Assembly (NCBI RefSeq): GCF_035511235.1
Contig: NZ_DATKFQ010000010.1
Location: 44,074 to 108,073 of the forward strand
Source: Dokdonella sp.
GTDB taxonomy: Bacteria; Pseudomonadota; Gammaproteobacteria; Xanthomonadales; Rhodanobacteraceae
DNA length: 64,000 nucleotides
Reading direction: 5' to 3'
Shown: piece after piece, positions 39,589-50,302 of the stretch
Layout of the letters: every line of letters starts with the position of its first letter
Position numbering within the stretch: the stretch's first letter is position 1
The notes under the pieces: generated by a model
What the model saw: only the letters and a program-made list of their open reading frames with translations
Told to the model about the DNA's origin: nothing
Database searches by the model: none
Translations under genes and position numbers: made by a program

Positions 39589-39776
39589 CGTGCATCTTCG
39601 CGCACGCTCGGGTGCAGCGATCGGCCGTCGATTCCGTACTCGCAGATTCATGGGTTGCCGCTGCGATGGCTCGCGCCGTGGCGGCCGGCGCCGGTGCCTC
39701 GCCTGCCCTGCACGACCCGGCTCGCTTCAGCGCGAAGAGCAGCCGAAACGGGGATGCTTCCATCGCGTGCGAACCC

Positions 39777-40757
39777 TCAGGTCGAGAGGCTCGCCGCACG
39801 CCAGCGCCGCAGCACCTCGGCGGCGACTTCGCCGGTTTCGGCCAGCGGCCGCTCCGGCGCGCGCGGCGCCTCGTCGAGCGACTGCAGCCAGCCGCCGCGG
39901 CGCAAGGCCTCGTGGAACTGCGCGAACTTGCCGCCGATCGACTCGGGCGCGAAGGTCGCGACCGGCACGCCGGTCGCGGCGGCCTCCGACAGCATGTTGA
40001 CCGAATCGGGCGTGACGACGATGCGGTCGGCCCAGGCCAGCAGGCCCGCATACGGATTCTCGCCATCGGCGTCGCTGTCCCAGAACAGGCCCGGGAATGG
40101 CGCGAAGGCCCGTCGCAGCCACGGGCGCAGCGCGGCCGGCGTACGCCGCGACAGCGTGACCAGGAAGCTGCCGCCGTCGGCGCCGTGACGCGCGGCGAGC
40201 GCGTCGACGAACCGGCGGAAGTAGGCCTCGTCGATACGCTGCGCACCGTTGCCGGCGCCGATCAGCACCGCGACGCGCGGCTGCGGCCACTGCGCGAGCG
40301 CGGCGAAGCGTGCATGCGCCTCGGCCAGCCAGGCCGGGCCGACCGGATGGATCGAGCCGATCGTCCCGATCACGTGCGGGCCGGCGAGTCCATCGTGGCG
40401 CGGCGCGACGACGATGTCGAAATGACCGGGATCGATGCGCGGATCGAGGATCTGCACGGTATAGCAGCGGCCGCCGCTGCGCGCCTTCAGCACACGCAGC
40501 AGCCAGGCCGCGCGACGGCCGCAGCCGATCGCGAGGTCCGGCCACGGCGGTGCGAAGACCGCGCCGTCGAGCGTGCGCAACGCGAGGGCGGCACCGGCGG
40601 CCAGTCGCGGCGCGAACCAGTCCCATGGCGCGCGCAGACCGATCGTCACGACGGCGGCGTCCAGGCCCATCGCCTGCGCCAGCGCCGCGGCCTGGCGCCG
40701 GTTGCCGGCGATGCCGTCGCTGACGACCCAGCAGCGCGCGGAACCGGACGCGCTCAT
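39777..40757 (-). CDS. ELM1/DUF1022-family protein
   Basis: WVVSDGIAGNRRQA, DIVVAPRHDGL, NPYAGLLAWADRIVVTPDSVNMLSEA. Confidence 0.9.
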   Translation of the reverse strand: MSASGSARCWVVSDGIAGNRRQAAALAQAMGLDAAVVTIGLRAPWDWFAPRLAAGAALALRTLDGAVFAPPWPDLAIGCGRRAAWLLRVLKARSGGRCYTVQILDPRIDPGHFDIVVAPRHDGLAGPHVIGTIGSIHPVGPAWLAEAHARFAALAQWPQPRVAVLIGAGNGAQRIDEAYFRRFVDALAARHGADGGSFLVTLSRRTPAALRPWLRRAFAPFPGLFWDSDADGENPYAGLLAWADRIVVTPDSVNMLSEAAATGVPVATFAPESIGGKFAQFHEALRRGGWLQSLDEAPRAPERPLAETGEVAAEVLRRWRAASLST

Positions 40758-41020
40758 CGCAGGTCCACCGGTCGGTCTTGATTGTCCAGCCCCGTGTTCC
40801 AATCTGTTGTTCGCATCGCCGTTTATCATCGCACGGCGTTCGTTCTATCGTGCCGGCCTGGCGAAGTGGCCAGACCGATCCTGGATCCGATCGCGCCTCG
40901 CGCTTGTTTTGGCGCGTTGTGCCGTCAGATCCGGTGACCGGACGGTCGTTCCGACCCGCCACCATCCGCACCCAACTTACCCGGCCCCGCGCCGGACATT
41001 CGTCACCAGGAGGAAACCCG

Positions 41021-41605
41021 ATGCTCCGTCGCACCGTTCTGGCCAGCGTGCTGGCCCTCGTCTCGGCCGGCGCCTTCGCCGCGCCGATCACCTACAAGCT
41101 GGACCCGACCCATACCGACGTGCTGTTCACCTGGAACCATCTCGGCTTCTCGAACCCGACCGGCCATTTCGGCCAGATCGAAGGCACCCTGGTCTACGAC
41201 GAGGCCGATCCGACCCGCGCCTCGGTCGAGGCCACGCTGCCGCTGGCCGGCCTGGACACGCATGTGGCCAAGCTCGACGAGCACCTCAAGAAGGACGAGT
41301 TTCTCGACGCGGCCAAGTACCCGACGATCACGTTCAAGAGCACGAAGGTCGAGGCCGCAGGCAGCGGCAAGCTCAAGGTCACCGGCGATCTGACGCTGCG
41401 CGGCGTGACCAAGCCGGTCGTGCTCGACGTCAAGCTCAACGGTGCCGGTCCGCATCCGATGAAGAAGGTGCCGGCGATCGGCTTCGACGCGACCGCTACG
41501 ATCAAGCGCAGCGAATTCGGCATCGACGCCTACGTGCCGAACATCAGCGACGAGCTCAAGATCAGCATCACGACCGAAGCGCTGGGCCCGAAGCCGGCCG
41601 GCTGA
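41021..41605 (+). CDS. YceI-family periplasmic protein
   Basis: YKLDPTHTDV.F...HLGFS, RDxHL-like KLDEHLK, YPTITFKST, IKRSEFG. Confidence 0.93.
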   Translation: MLRRTVLASVLALVSAGAFAAPITYKLDPTHTDVLFTWNHLGFSNPTGHFGQIEGTLVYDEADPTRASVEATLPLAGLDTHVAKLDEHLKKDEFLDAAKYPTITFKSTKVEAAGSGKLKVTGDLTLRGVTKPVVLDVKLNGAGPHPMKKVPAIGFDATATIKRSEFGIDAYVPNISDELKISITTEALGPKPAG

Positions 41606-41629
41606 TCGTTCCGCCCCGTCGGTACTGCG

Positions 41630-41661
41630 AAAGCCCTGTCGCGCGGCGGCGGGGCTTTTTT
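41630..41661. terminator. Terminator between convergent yceI-like and Yip1 genes
   Basis: AAAGCCCTGTCGC...GCGGCGGGGCTTTTTT. Confidence 0.75.
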
Positions 41662-41668
41662 GTGCGCG

Positions 41669-42931
41669 TCAGCCGCGCTTGACGCCCTGGCTCTTGAGCG
41701 CTTCCAGACCGGCCAGGTCGAGGCTGCCGACCGCCGACTTGAGCTGGTCGATGCTGTCGACGGTGCCCGACACCTCGACCGTGAAACGGTCGCCGAGGAT
41801 GATGCTGTAGGCGCCGTGGCGCGAGCGGCCGTCCCATTTCTCGCTGATCAGACGGCCGTTTTCCTTCCAGGTCTTCTCGTAGCCGTCGCCGGTCTCGCGC
41901 TGGCTCTGCACGTTGGCGAGGCCGGCCAGGCCGAGCAGGCCCTTGGCGCTGCCGACGTCGGTGATCTCCACGTGCAACGCATGGCCGCCGTCGCCGGCAT
42001 AGGTCGCCTTGGCGACCGACATCTGCATGCCCATCGCGCCGTTCTGCTCGGCCGAGAAGCCGGTGCGCTTCCAGCCGCCGAGCGTGTCGGGCAGGAACGG
42101 CCGGAGCGCGTCGGGCGTCAGCGCCTCGACCTGGTCGCCGCCGCCGAGCGCGGCGCCGAGCATCTGGCCGACCGCGGCGGCCTGGGCCTCGGCGTCTCGC
42201 GAGGCCTGCGCCGCTTCCACCTTCTTGCCGGCCGCCTCGACCTTCTGCCCCCAGGCCTGCAGCTGGCCGAGCGCATCGTCCTTGCCGGGCGCGACGACGC
42301 CGGAAGCGCCGAGCTGGCCCTGCATCGCGGCCGCGCTGTAGGCGCCGGCGCCCGAGAAGATCGCCGCGGCCCAGCCGACCACGACCGACAGCACGAGGCC
42401 GAGGATGATCGTCACCGCGGTGTAGCCGCCGGAGCGCTCCTGCGGCACCTTCATCGTATGCGGCAGGCCGAGGTACAGCAGATAGATGCAGTAGACCAGC
42501 GCCGCCAGCGCGGCGAGGATGCCGAGCATCGGAATGATCGCGAGGATGCCGGCGATCCAGCTCGGCGTCCACGAATAGGCAATCACCTTGAGCGCCTGCA
42601 CCTGCGACTTCTCGCCGCCGAAGTTCGGCGCCAGCGCATCGACGATCAGCGACAGCACGTAGATCAGGCCGAGCGACAGGGCATAGACCAGCAGCATCTG
42701 CACCAGGCCGGCGCCGACCGGAATCTTGACCGTGACGTTGACGAACGGCACCGTGGTGCCGATCAGGCTGCTCTGGATGAAGCCGATCACGGCCGGGATC
42801 GCGGCCAGGATCAGGATGTAGTTCTTGTAGAGGCCGGCCACCGTCTCCGGCTCGGCGGCGATCACCGGCCATTCGGTCTTGGGCGTCAGCAGGATGTTCT
42901 TGACGCGCTCGATCAGTTTCGAAAAGTCCAT
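41669..42931 (-). CDS. Yip1-family membrane protein with a C-terminal soluble extension
   Basis: LIERVKNILLTPKTEWPVI, ALKVIAYSWTP, YLLYLGLP. Confidence 0.85.
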   Translation of the reverse strand: MDFSKLIERVKNILLTPKTEWPVIAAEPETVAGLYKNYILILAAIPAVIGFIQSSLIGTTVPFVNVTVKIPVGAGLVQMLLVYALSLGLIYVLSLIVDALAPNFGGEKSQVQALKVIAYSWTPSWIAGILAIIPMLGILAALAALVYCIYLLYLGLPHTMKVPQERSGGYTAVTIILGLVLSVVVGWAAAIFSGAGAYSAAAMQGQLGASGVVAPGKDDALGQLQAWGQKVEAAGKKVEAAQASRDAEAQAAAVGQMLGAALGGGDQVEALTPDALRPFLPDTLGGWKRTGFSAEQNGAMGMQMSVAKATYAGDGGHALHVEITDVGSAKGLLGLAGLANVQSQRETGDGYEKTWKENGRLISEKWDGRSRHGAYSIILGDRFTVEVSGTVDSIDQLKSAVGSLDLAGLEALKSQGVKRG

Positions 42932-43187
42932 AACCCATTCCCCTCGCAGTGAATGAAGGCCGCTTCGCATCGAAGCCGCCGCGGGTGAGGCAGGCGCGGC
43001 CGGGTCGCGGCGAGCTCCCATCGCTCGCGGCCGGCGCGGCGCGGCCATTCTAGGCCAGTCCGGTCACCGCGGCATGTCGGCCATGACGCAGCGGCGACCG
43101 GCACGGCGTCACGCCCGAAACGTGAACAAATCGACGGCGGCGCTGCGATAGAATGCGCGGCCGCTTCACGCCGGAGCCTCCCGCGCC

Positions 43188-43394
43188 ATGCACCGTCCCG
43201 ATCCCGCCGTGTCCGAACGCCAGCCCGCCAACGCTGCCCGCCGCTACGAGGTCACGCGCGCCGAGCTGCCGCTGAGCTGCCCGACCCCGGCGATGTCGCT
43301 GTGGAACTCGCATCCGAAGGTCTATCTGCCGATCGAGGCGGAAGGCCATGCCAAGTGCCCCTACTGCGGCGCCGAATACGTCCTGACCGGTTGA
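43188..43394 (+). CDS. Small CHCC zinc-finger protein (start uncertain)
   Basis: LPLSCP...WNSHPKVYLPI...AKCPYCG. Confidence 0.85.
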   Translation: MHRPDPAVSERQPANAARRYEVTRAELPLSCPTPAMSLWNSHPKVYLPIEAEGHAKCPYCGAEYVLTG

Positions 43395-43401
43395 GGGCCG
43401 T

Positions 43402-44514
43402 TTGTCCGGCCGTCCGCTCACCGTCGTCCAACTGGTACCGGCACTGGAATCGGGCGGCGCCGAACGCTCGACGCTGGAAATCGCCCGGGCCCTGGTCGCT
43501 GCCGGTCATCGCTCGATCGTGATCTCGGCCGGCGGCCGCCTGGTGCCGCAGCTGGTCGCCGAGGGCAGCGAGCACATCGCGCTGCCGATCGGCCGCAAGT
43601 CGCTGCGCACGCTCGGTCTGATCCGCCGGCTGCGCCGGCTGTTCAAGGAGCTGCGGGCGGACATCGTGCACGCGCGCTCGCGGCTGCCGGCCTGGATCGG
43701 CTGGCTCGCACTGCGGCCGCTGCGGCCGCGGCCGCATTTCGTCACGACGATGCACGGGCTCAATTCGCCGGGCCGCTACAGCCAGATCATGGCCCAGGGC
43801 GAGCGCGTGATCTGCGTGTCCAACAGCGTGCGCGACTACGCGCTGCACCACTACCCGGGCACCGATCCGGCGCGCCTGGTGGTGATCCCGCGCGGCGTCG
43901 ACCCGGCCGAGTTTCCGTTCGGCTACCAGCCCGACGACGCCTGGCGCGCGGCGTTCTTCGCCGAATACCCGCAGCTGGCCGGCGCGCCGCTGCTGACCCT
44001 GCCCGGCCGCGGCACGCGGCTGAAGGGCCATGCCGACGCGATCGGCCTGCTCGCCGGCCTCGGCGAGCGCGGCGTCGACGCCCGGCTGCTGCTGCTCGGC
44101 GCGCGCGAGGCCGGGCGCGAGGCCTATCTGGCCGAGCTCGAGGCGCTCGCGCAGTCGCTCGGCGTCGCCGACCGCATCGCGATCACCGCGCCGCGCAGCG
44201 ACGTGCGCGACGTCTTCGCGATCTCGGCGCTGGTGCTGCAGCTGAGCACGCATCCGGAATCGTTCGGGCGTACCGTCGTCGAGGCGCTCTCGCTGTGCCG
44301 GCCGGTGCTCGGCTACGCGCACGGCGGCGTCGGCGAGCTGCTCGCCGAGCTGTATCCGGCCGGCCGCGTCGCGCCCGGCGATCGCGCGCGCCTGGTCGAG
44401 CATGCCGCCGAACTGCTGCGGCTGGCGCCGGCGATTCCGCTGCTCGGCAGCCACCGGCTCAGCGACATGCAGGACAAGACGCTCGCGCTGTACCGCGAAC
44501 TGGCCGGACCGTGA
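43402..44514 (+). CDS. GT4-family glycosyltransferase
   Basis: LESGGAER, VHARSRLPAW, PESFGRTVVEAL. Confidence 0.92.
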   Translation: MSGRPLTVVQLVPALESGGAERSTLEIARALVAAGHRSIVISAGGRLVPQLVAEGSEHIALPIGRKSLRTLGLIRRLRRLFKELRADIVHARSRLPAWIGWLALRPLRPRPHFVTTMHGLNSPGRYSQIMAQGERVICVSNSVRDYALHHYPGTDPARLVVIPRGVDPAEFPFGYQPDDAWRAAFFAEYPQLAGAPLLTLPGRGTRLKGHADAIGLLAGLGERGVDARLLLLGAREAGREAYLAELEALAQSLGVADRIAITAPRSDVRDVFAISALVLQLSTHPESFGRTVVEALSLCRPVLGYAHGGVGELLAELYPAGRVAPGDRARLVEHAAELLRLAPAIPLLGSHRLSDMQDKTLALYRELAGP

Positions 44515-45779
44515 GCGGCCGCGCCGCCGCACGCGCGGACGTGCCGTGGGCCGCGCTGTGCGTCGTGGCGGTGCTCGCGCTGCTGCCGGTCGGCCGCCTG
44601 TCGGAGCTGCCGCTGGCGATCGGCGCGCTCGCCGGTCTGGTGCTGCTGGTGCGCGGCCGGCTCGGCGAGGTGCGCGGCGGCGTGGCACTGGTGCTGGTCG
44701 TGTTCGCGGCGTACTGGCTGGCCGCCGTGCTCTCGGCCGCGGCCGCGGTGCGGCCCGACAAGACGCTGTCGACGGCGGCCGGCCTGCTGCGCTTCGCGCC
44801 GTTCGCGCTGTTTGCGGTCTACGCATTGCGCCGCCCGGCCGATCTGCAACGCGCGACGGTCGCGATCGCGGCGATCGTGTCGCTGTGGGTGATCGACGCC
44901 TGGGTGCAGATGCTGACCGGCTACGGCCTGGCCGGCGCGGCCGAGGCCGAGCGCATCACCGGCATCTTCGGCGCCGACAATGTCAAGTTCGGCCCGGTGC
45001 TGGCGACGCTGTCGCCGTTCGTGCTGATCGTCGCGCGCGAACGCTACGGCCGCCGCGGCCTCGCGGTCGCCGCGCTGGCCGTGCTGGTGCCGGTGCTGCT
45101 GGCCGGTTCGCGCTCGGCCTGGATCGCCTATGCGCTGGTCTGCGCCGTGCTGGCCTGGCGCGAGACGCGGCGCTGGCGGACGTTCGTCGCGCTCGGCGCT
45201 GCGGTGGCGGCGATCGCGGCGATCGCGGTCGCGCTGGCCTGGCAGCTGTCGGACCGTTTCGACGCGCGCATCGACCGCAGCCTGCGCGCGTTCGAGGGCA
45301 CTGGCCAGGCGCTCGACGAGGCCTCGGCCGGACGCCTGGCGATCTGGCAGGCCGCCGTCGCGATGACCGCTGCGCATCCTCTGACCGGCGTCGGCGTACG
45401 CGGTTTCCGCTATGCCTATCCGCAGTACGCCGCGGCGGGCGACCGCTTCGTCGACGCGAGCGGCGAGACCGGCGCGGCGCATGCGCACCAGATCGTGCTC
45501 GAGATCCTCAGCGAGACCGGCGTGATCGGGCTGGCACTGTGGCTGGCCGGCGCCGCAGCCGCGATCCGCGCCTGGCGGCGTGCCGATGCTGCCGCGCGCG
45601 CCCGCGCGCGCCCGGCCGCGCTGGCGCTGCTGGCCGCGACGTTTCCGCTGAACAGCCATCTGGCGTTCTATTCGGCCTGGTGGAGCCTCCTGTTCTGGTG
45701 GCTGCTGGCGCTGTACGCGGCCGCCGTGACGACACCCGCTCCACTCGCCCCTCCCCTCCGACCGTCCTCTCCGCCCTGA
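44511..45779 (+). CDS. O-antigen ligase (Wzy_C/WaaL) family protein
   Basis: Multi-TM, LLAGSRSAW, HPLTGVG...FR, HAHQIVLE. Confidence 0.88.
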   Translation: MSGRAAARADVPWAALCVVAVLALLPVGRLSELPLAIGALAGLVLLVRGRLGEVRGGVALVLVVFAAYWLAAVLSAAAAVRPDKTLSTAAGLLRFAPFALFAVYALRRPADLQRATVAIAAIVSLWVIDAWVQMLTGYGLAGAAEAERITGIFGADNVKFGPVLATLSPFVLIVARERYGRRGLAVAALAVLVPVLLAGSRSAWIAYALVCAVLAWRETRRWRTFVALGAAVAAIAAIAVALAWQLSDRFDARIDRSLRAFEGTGQALDEASAGRLAIWQAAVAMTAAHPLTGVGVRGFRYAYPQYAAAGDRFVDASGETGAAHAHQIVLEILSETGVIGLALWLAGAAAAIRAWRRADAAARARARPAALALLAATFPLNSHLAFYSAWWSLLFWWLLALYAAAVTTPAPLAPPLRPSSPP

Positions 45780-46672
45780 TGAACACCGTGCCGCGCGATT
45801 ACCGTTTCCTGCAACTGGACGTCTTTCCGGCGAGCCGCGGCGGCGGCAATCCGCTCGGCGTCGTCGTCGATGCCGATGACTGGAGCAGCGAACGCATGCA
45901 GGCGTTCGCGTACTGGACCGGTCTGGTCGAGACCACGTTCCTGCTGCGGCCGCGCGCCGCGGCGGCCTCGTATCGCGTGCGCATCTTCACGCCGCAGCGC
46001 GAGATTCCGTTCGCCGGCCATCCGAGCATCGGCAGCGCGCACGCCGCGCTCGACTGCGAGCGTGCGCGTCCCGCCGACGGCGTGCTGCTGCAGGAATGCG
46101 AGGCGGGCCTGCTGCCGATCCGCATCGAGGGCGACGGCGCATCGCGCGACCTGCTGGTGCGTGCGCCGGCCGCGCGGATCCTGCACGAGGGACGCGAGGC
46201 CGATGCGCAGCTGGCCGCCGTGCTCGGCGGCCAGGCGCTCGGTCCGCTGCCGCCGGCCTTCGTCGAGGGCGGCCGGCGCTGGTGGGTCGCCGAGTTCGCG
46301 CACGAGGGTGCGTTGCGCGGCTGGCACCCCGACCACGCCGCGATCGGCGAGCTGGCGCGGCGCAGCGACAGCCTGGGCCTGTGCGCATTCGCGCGCAGCA
46401 CCGCGGCCGGCCACGATCTGGTCGTGCGCGCGTTCCCGGCCGGCGTCGGCATCGTCGAGGATCCGGCCTCCGGCGCCGCCAACGGCCTGATCGCCGCCTA
46501 CATCGCCGCGCGCGAACCGGACGGCGCGTTCGCGCGCGGCTACCGCGTCAGCCAGGGCCGCGAGATCGGCCACGACGCGCGCATCCTGGTGCGCATCGAC
46601 GGCGGCGAGGTCTGGGTCGGCGGCCATACGCAGACGATCGTCGACGGCCGCCTGGCCTGGGACGGCCCGTGA
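45779..46672 (+). CDS. PhzF-family isomerase
   Basis: QLDVF...GGNPLGVV, RIFTPQREIPFAGHPSIG, EDPASGAANG. Confidence 0.92.
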   Translation: MNTVPRDYRFLQLDVFPASRGGGNPLGVVVDADDWSSERMQAFAYWTGLVETTFLLRPRAAAASYRVRIFTPQREIPFAGHPSIGSAHAALDCERARPADGVLLQECEAGLLPIRIEGDGASRDLLVRAPAARILHEGREADAQLAAVLGGQALGPLPPAFVEGGRRWWVAEFAHEGALRGWHPDHAAIGELARRSDSLGLCAFARSTAAGHDLVVRAFPAGVGIVEDPASGAANGLIAAYIAAREPDGAFARGYRVSQGREIGHDARILVRIDGGEVWVGGHTQTIVDGRLAWDGP

Positions 46673-48459
46673 ACGCGCTGCGCGCCCTGGTCTGCGCCGG
46701 GCTGCTGGCGCTGGCACTGGGCGCGCCGGCGTCGAGCGCCGCGGCGTCCGCTGCCGGCGCTGACCTGCGCACGCTCGCCGAGCGATCGGACTTCGTCCGC
46801 ACCGGCCGCTACGACGAGACCATCGCGCTGTGCCGGGCCTTCGCAGAGCGCCATCCGCGCAGCGTGCGCTGCGGTGAGTTCGGCCGCACGCCGGAAGGGC
46901 GGCCGATGCAGGTGCTGATCGTCTCGCGCAGCGGCGCACTCGACGCCGAGGCGGCGCATGCGCGGCGGCTGCCGGTCGTGCTGGTCCAGGGCGGCATCCA
47001 CGCCGGCGAGATCGACGGCAAGGACGCCGGCTTCCTGGCGCTGCGCCAGATGCTCGAGGACGGCGCCGCCGGCGACGCGCTCGACCGGCTGGTGCTGGTC
47101 TTCGTGCCGGTGTTCAACGTCGACGGACACGAACGCTTCGGCCGCTGGAACCGGCCGAACCAGCGCGGACCGGAGGCGATGGGCTGGCGCACGACCGCGC
47201 AGAACCTCAATCTCAACCGCGACTACGCCAAGGCCGATGCGCCGGAGATGCAGGCGATGCTGCGTCTGATCGGCGCCTGGGATCCGATCCTCATCGTCGA
47301 TCTGCACGTCACCGACGGTGCGCAGTTCGAGCACGACGTCTCGATCCAGATCGAACCGCTGCGCGCCGGCGATGCCGCGCTGCGCACGCTCGGCCGCGAA
47401 TTGCAGGCAGGCGTGCTCGAGCGCCTGCGCGAGCAGGGTTCGCTGCCGCTGCCGTTCTATCCCTCGTTCGTCGTCGAGGACGATCCGGCCTCCGGTTTCG
47501 TCGACAACGTCGCGCCGCCGCGTTTCTCACACGGCTATCCGCTGCTGCGCAATCGCTTCGGCATGCTGGTGGAGACCCATTCGTGGAAGCCGTATCCGCA
47601 GCGCGTGCGGATCACCCGCAACACGATCCTCGCGGTGGTCGAGCGCAGCGCGCGCGATGGCGCACGCTGGCGCGCCGCGGCCGACGCGGCCGATGCCGCG
47701 GCGGCCGCGCTCGGCGGCACCGAGATCGCGCTCGACTATGCGGCCAGCGAACGCACGCGCGACATCGCGTTTCGCGGCTACGCCTATACGCGCGAGCCGT
47801 CGGCCCTGTCCGGCGCCTTGGTGACGCGCTACGACGAGACCCGCCCGCAGATCTGGCAGCTGCCGCTGCGCGACGACGTGCAGCCGCGCACGCAGGTGCT
47901 CGCGCCGCGCGGCGGCTACTGGGTGCCGGCCGCCGAGGCGGCCTGGATGCGCGAGAAGCTGGACCTGCACGGCATCGCCTATCGCGTGACGAGCGAGGCG
48001 CGGCACGAGATCGAGGCCGAGGTGTTCGACGCGACCGACGCGACGTTTTCGGCACAGCCGGTCGAGGGCCGGCAGCGGCTCGAGGTCCAGGGCACTTGGC
48101 AGGCGCGACGCGTCGATCTGGCCGCCGGTGCGCTGTTCGTGCCGATCGCGCAGGCCAAGTCGCGTCTGGTCGTCGCGCTGCTCGAACCGGCGGCGCCCGA
48201 TTCGTTCCTGGCCTGGGGCTGGTTCAACCGCGCGTTCGAGCGCAAGGAGTACATGGAGGACTACGTCGCCGAGGAGGTCGGCCGGGAGATGATGCAGGAC
48301 CCGGCGGTCGCCGCTGCGTTCACACGCCGCCTCGCCGAGGATCCGGCATTCGCGCGCGATCCGGCGGCCCGGCTCGAGTTCTTCCATCGCCGCCACGCGT
48401 CCTGGGACTCGCGCTACCGGCGCTACCCGGTCCTGCGCAGCGCGAGCGTGCCGCGCTGA
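46669..48459 (+). CDS. Secreted M14 zinc carboxypeptidase
   Basis: Signal peptide, GGIHAGEIDG, NLNRDY, DLHVTDG. Confidence 0.9.
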   Translation: MNALRALVCAGLLALALGAPASSAAASAAGADLRTLAERSDFVRTGRYDETIALCRAFAERHPRSVRCGEFGRTPEGRPMQVLIVSRSGALDAEAAHARRLPVVLVQGGIHAGEIDGKDAGFLALRQMLEDGAAGDALDRLVLVFVPVFNVDGHERFGRWNRPNQRGPEAMGWRTTAQNLNLNRDYAKADAPEMQAMLRLIGAWDPILIVDLHVTDGAQFEHDVSIQIEPLRAGDAALRTLGRELQAGVLERLREQGSLPLPFYPSFVVEDDPASGFVDNVAPPRFSHGYPLLRNRFGMLVETHSWKPYPQRVRITRNTILAVVERSARDGARWRAAADAADAAAAALGGTEIALDYAASERTRDIAFRGYAYTREPSALSGALVTRYDETRPQIWQLPLRDDVQPRTQVLAPRGGYWVPAAEAAWMREKLDLHGIAYRVTSEARHEIEAEVFDATDATFSAQPVEGRQRLEVQGTWQARRVDLAAGALFVPIAQAKSRLVVALLEPAAPDSFLAWGWFNRAFERKEYMEDYVAEEVGREMMQDPAVAAAFTRRLAEDPAFARDPAARLEFFHRRHASWDSRYRRYPVLRSASVPR

Positions 48460-48474
48460 CGCAACCGGACGCGC

Positions 48475-49536
48475 TCAGCCGGCCGCCGGGTCGGCCAGCA
48501 CGTCGTGCACGAAGCGCAGCTTCTCGATCACCGGCGAGGACAGCACGAACGGATACGCATCGCCGAGACCCAGGCCGCGGTTGAGGTTGTTGAGCAGATA
48601 GGTCAGCGCGAACCAGCCGTCGACGAGCTCGTCGAACGCGGCGCCGATGCGCCGCCCGTCCAGCGCCGGTTCGTCGGCACGGCGCGGCCGCAGCGTCAGT
48701 CCGCAGGCGGCGACGGTCTCGAGCGCATCGGCCATGTGCAGGTAGTGCGCCCAGGTCTCGGCCCAGTCCTCCCACGGATGGGCGCTGGCGTAGGCGCTGA
48801 TGTAGCGGTCCTGCCAGTCGGCCGGCGGTCCGCCGGCATAGTGATCCTGCAACGCCTGGCCGTAGTCGGCGCTCTCGTCGCCGAAGCGGTCGCGGAAGCC
48901 CTCGAGCCACGGCCCGTCGCGGACCAGGCGGTCCCAGTAGTAGTGGCCGATCTCGTGCCGGAAGTGGCCGAGCACGGTGCGGTACGGCTCGTGCAGCTGC
49001 TTGCGGCGGCGCTCGCGTTCGACGTCGTCGGCCTCGGCGATCGCGACCGTGATCACGCCGTCGGCATGACCGGTCATCGCGGCGCCTTCCGACGGATGAT
49101 CGGAATCGGCGCGGAACTCGAACGCCAGGCCGCGCTCGGGATCCTCCTGCTTGCTCAGGATCGGGCAGCGCAGCGCGATCAGGGTCTGCAGCAGCCGCCG
49201 CTTGGCGGCTTCCATGACCTGCCAGGCTTCACGGTTGCCGGGCACCGACAGGTCCGGGATCAGGCGCGTCAGCCGGCACGAGCGGCACAGCGGCTGCGGA
49301 TCGTCGGCGGCGACCGCGGCATTGCAGATGCCGTGCTCCACATCGTTCGCGCAGCGCCGGTAGCGCGCACCCTGCGTAGCCGCAGCCGGACTGGTCCAGG
49401 TGCCGTCGCCGGCGTCGTCGAGCGAGGCGATGATGCCGAGGTCCGGCAGCCAGGCCAGGCGATGGCCGCAGGCCACGCACTGGGTGTTCTCGAAGAACAC
49501 GACCTGGCCGCAGTGGTCGCAGTGGAAGACCTTCAT
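48475..49536 (-). CDS. Zinc-ribbon-containing putative zinc metallopeptidase
   Basis: CDHC...CVAC zinc ribbon, HFRHEIGHYYW, HPWEDWAETWAHYLH. Confidence 0.88.
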   Translation of the reverse strand: MKVFHCDHCGQVVFFENTQCVACGHRLAWLPDLGIIASLDDAGDGTWTSPAAATQGARYRRCANDVEHGICNAAVAADDPQPLCRSCRLTRLIPDLSVPGNREAWQVMEAAKRRLLQTLIALRCPILSKQEDPERGLAFEFRADSDHPSEGAAMTGHADGVITVAIAEADDVERERRRKQLHEPYRTVLGHFRHEIGHYYWDRLVRDGPWLEGFRDRFGDESADYGQALQDHYAGGPPADWQDRYISAYASAHPWEDWAETWAHYLHMADALETVAACGLTLRPRRADEPALDGRRIGAAFDELVDGWFALTYLLNNLNRGLGLGDAYPFVLSSPVIEKLRFVHDVLADPAAG

Positions 49537-49609
49537 CGCCGCTCCCCGCCGACTCGCTGACTGCACATCGCCAGCGGATCCCGCCGCGGCACACGCGCGC
49601 CGGGGCCGC

Positions 49610-49891
49610 TCATGCGAGCAGGTCGGCGTATTCCGGATGGCGCTGCATGAACACGCGCGCGTAGCTGCACGCCGGCACGATGCGCCAGCCGCGGCTGCGC
49701 GCGGTCTCGAACGCCTCGCGCGTCAGCGCCGCGGCGATGCCGCGTCCGCCGACCGGCTCGGGTACGCCGGTATGCGTGATCGTCATGACGGTGCCGGCCA
49801 GGTCGTACTCGAGCACGCAGCGATGGCCTTCGACGTCGGCGACGAAGTGTCGGACCGCTTCCTCGTGAGTGATCGGCAACGGTGCATTCAT
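49610..49891 (-). CDS. Small GNAT (YjdJ-like) acetyltransferase
   Basis: ITHTGVPEPVGGRGIA, IVPACSY. Confidence 0.88.
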   Translation of the reverse strand: MNAPLPITHEEAVRHFVADVEGHRCVLEYDLAGTVMTITHTGVPEPVGGRGIAAALTREAFETARSRGWRIVPACSYARVFMQRHPEYADLLA

Positions 49892-50242
49892 GGCAGGCCT
49901 CCCGGCGGATGAGTCAGGCGCCGATCATAGCGACCGCTCCGTCCGCCTGTTCGAACCGCAGGGAAACCGCCTAGCGGACGACCGCGCGGGGCCCGGAGCA
50001 GGCGCGGTCTCGACGGCAGCTCGCGTCCCATCCGAGCCGGACTCGTGATCGGCCGCGACGAGGCTGCCCGCTCCACGCGCAGCGCCGGGATGCGGTGCCG
50101 CCTTCGAGTTGCGCGGCGGACGACTCAAAAGAAGGGCAACGGAACGGGCTCGACGGCGCCTCGGCGACGCGCCCATCGGGGCCGTCACGGCGCGCGCCGG
50201 CGCCAGGGAGGCGGCGACCGCCCGGCCACGGGATGCGCGGAC

Positions 50243-50274
50243 AAAAAAAGAGGCCTCCCCGAAGGGAGGCCTCT
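50243..50274 (-). terminator. Intrinsic terminator after the large secreted protein
   Basis: AGAGGCCTCCC-N4-GGGAGGCCTCT stem with a 7-T tail on the - strand. Confidence 0.9.
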
Positions 50275-50302
50275 CGACGAAACAGCTTTCGTCAGAACCC
50301 GA

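Noticed and set aside
18316-39776. Mobile-element boundaries for the methanol region
   Set aside because: No integrase, transposase, tRNA or flanking direct repeat found by eye, so it cannot be called a mobile island from sequence alone.
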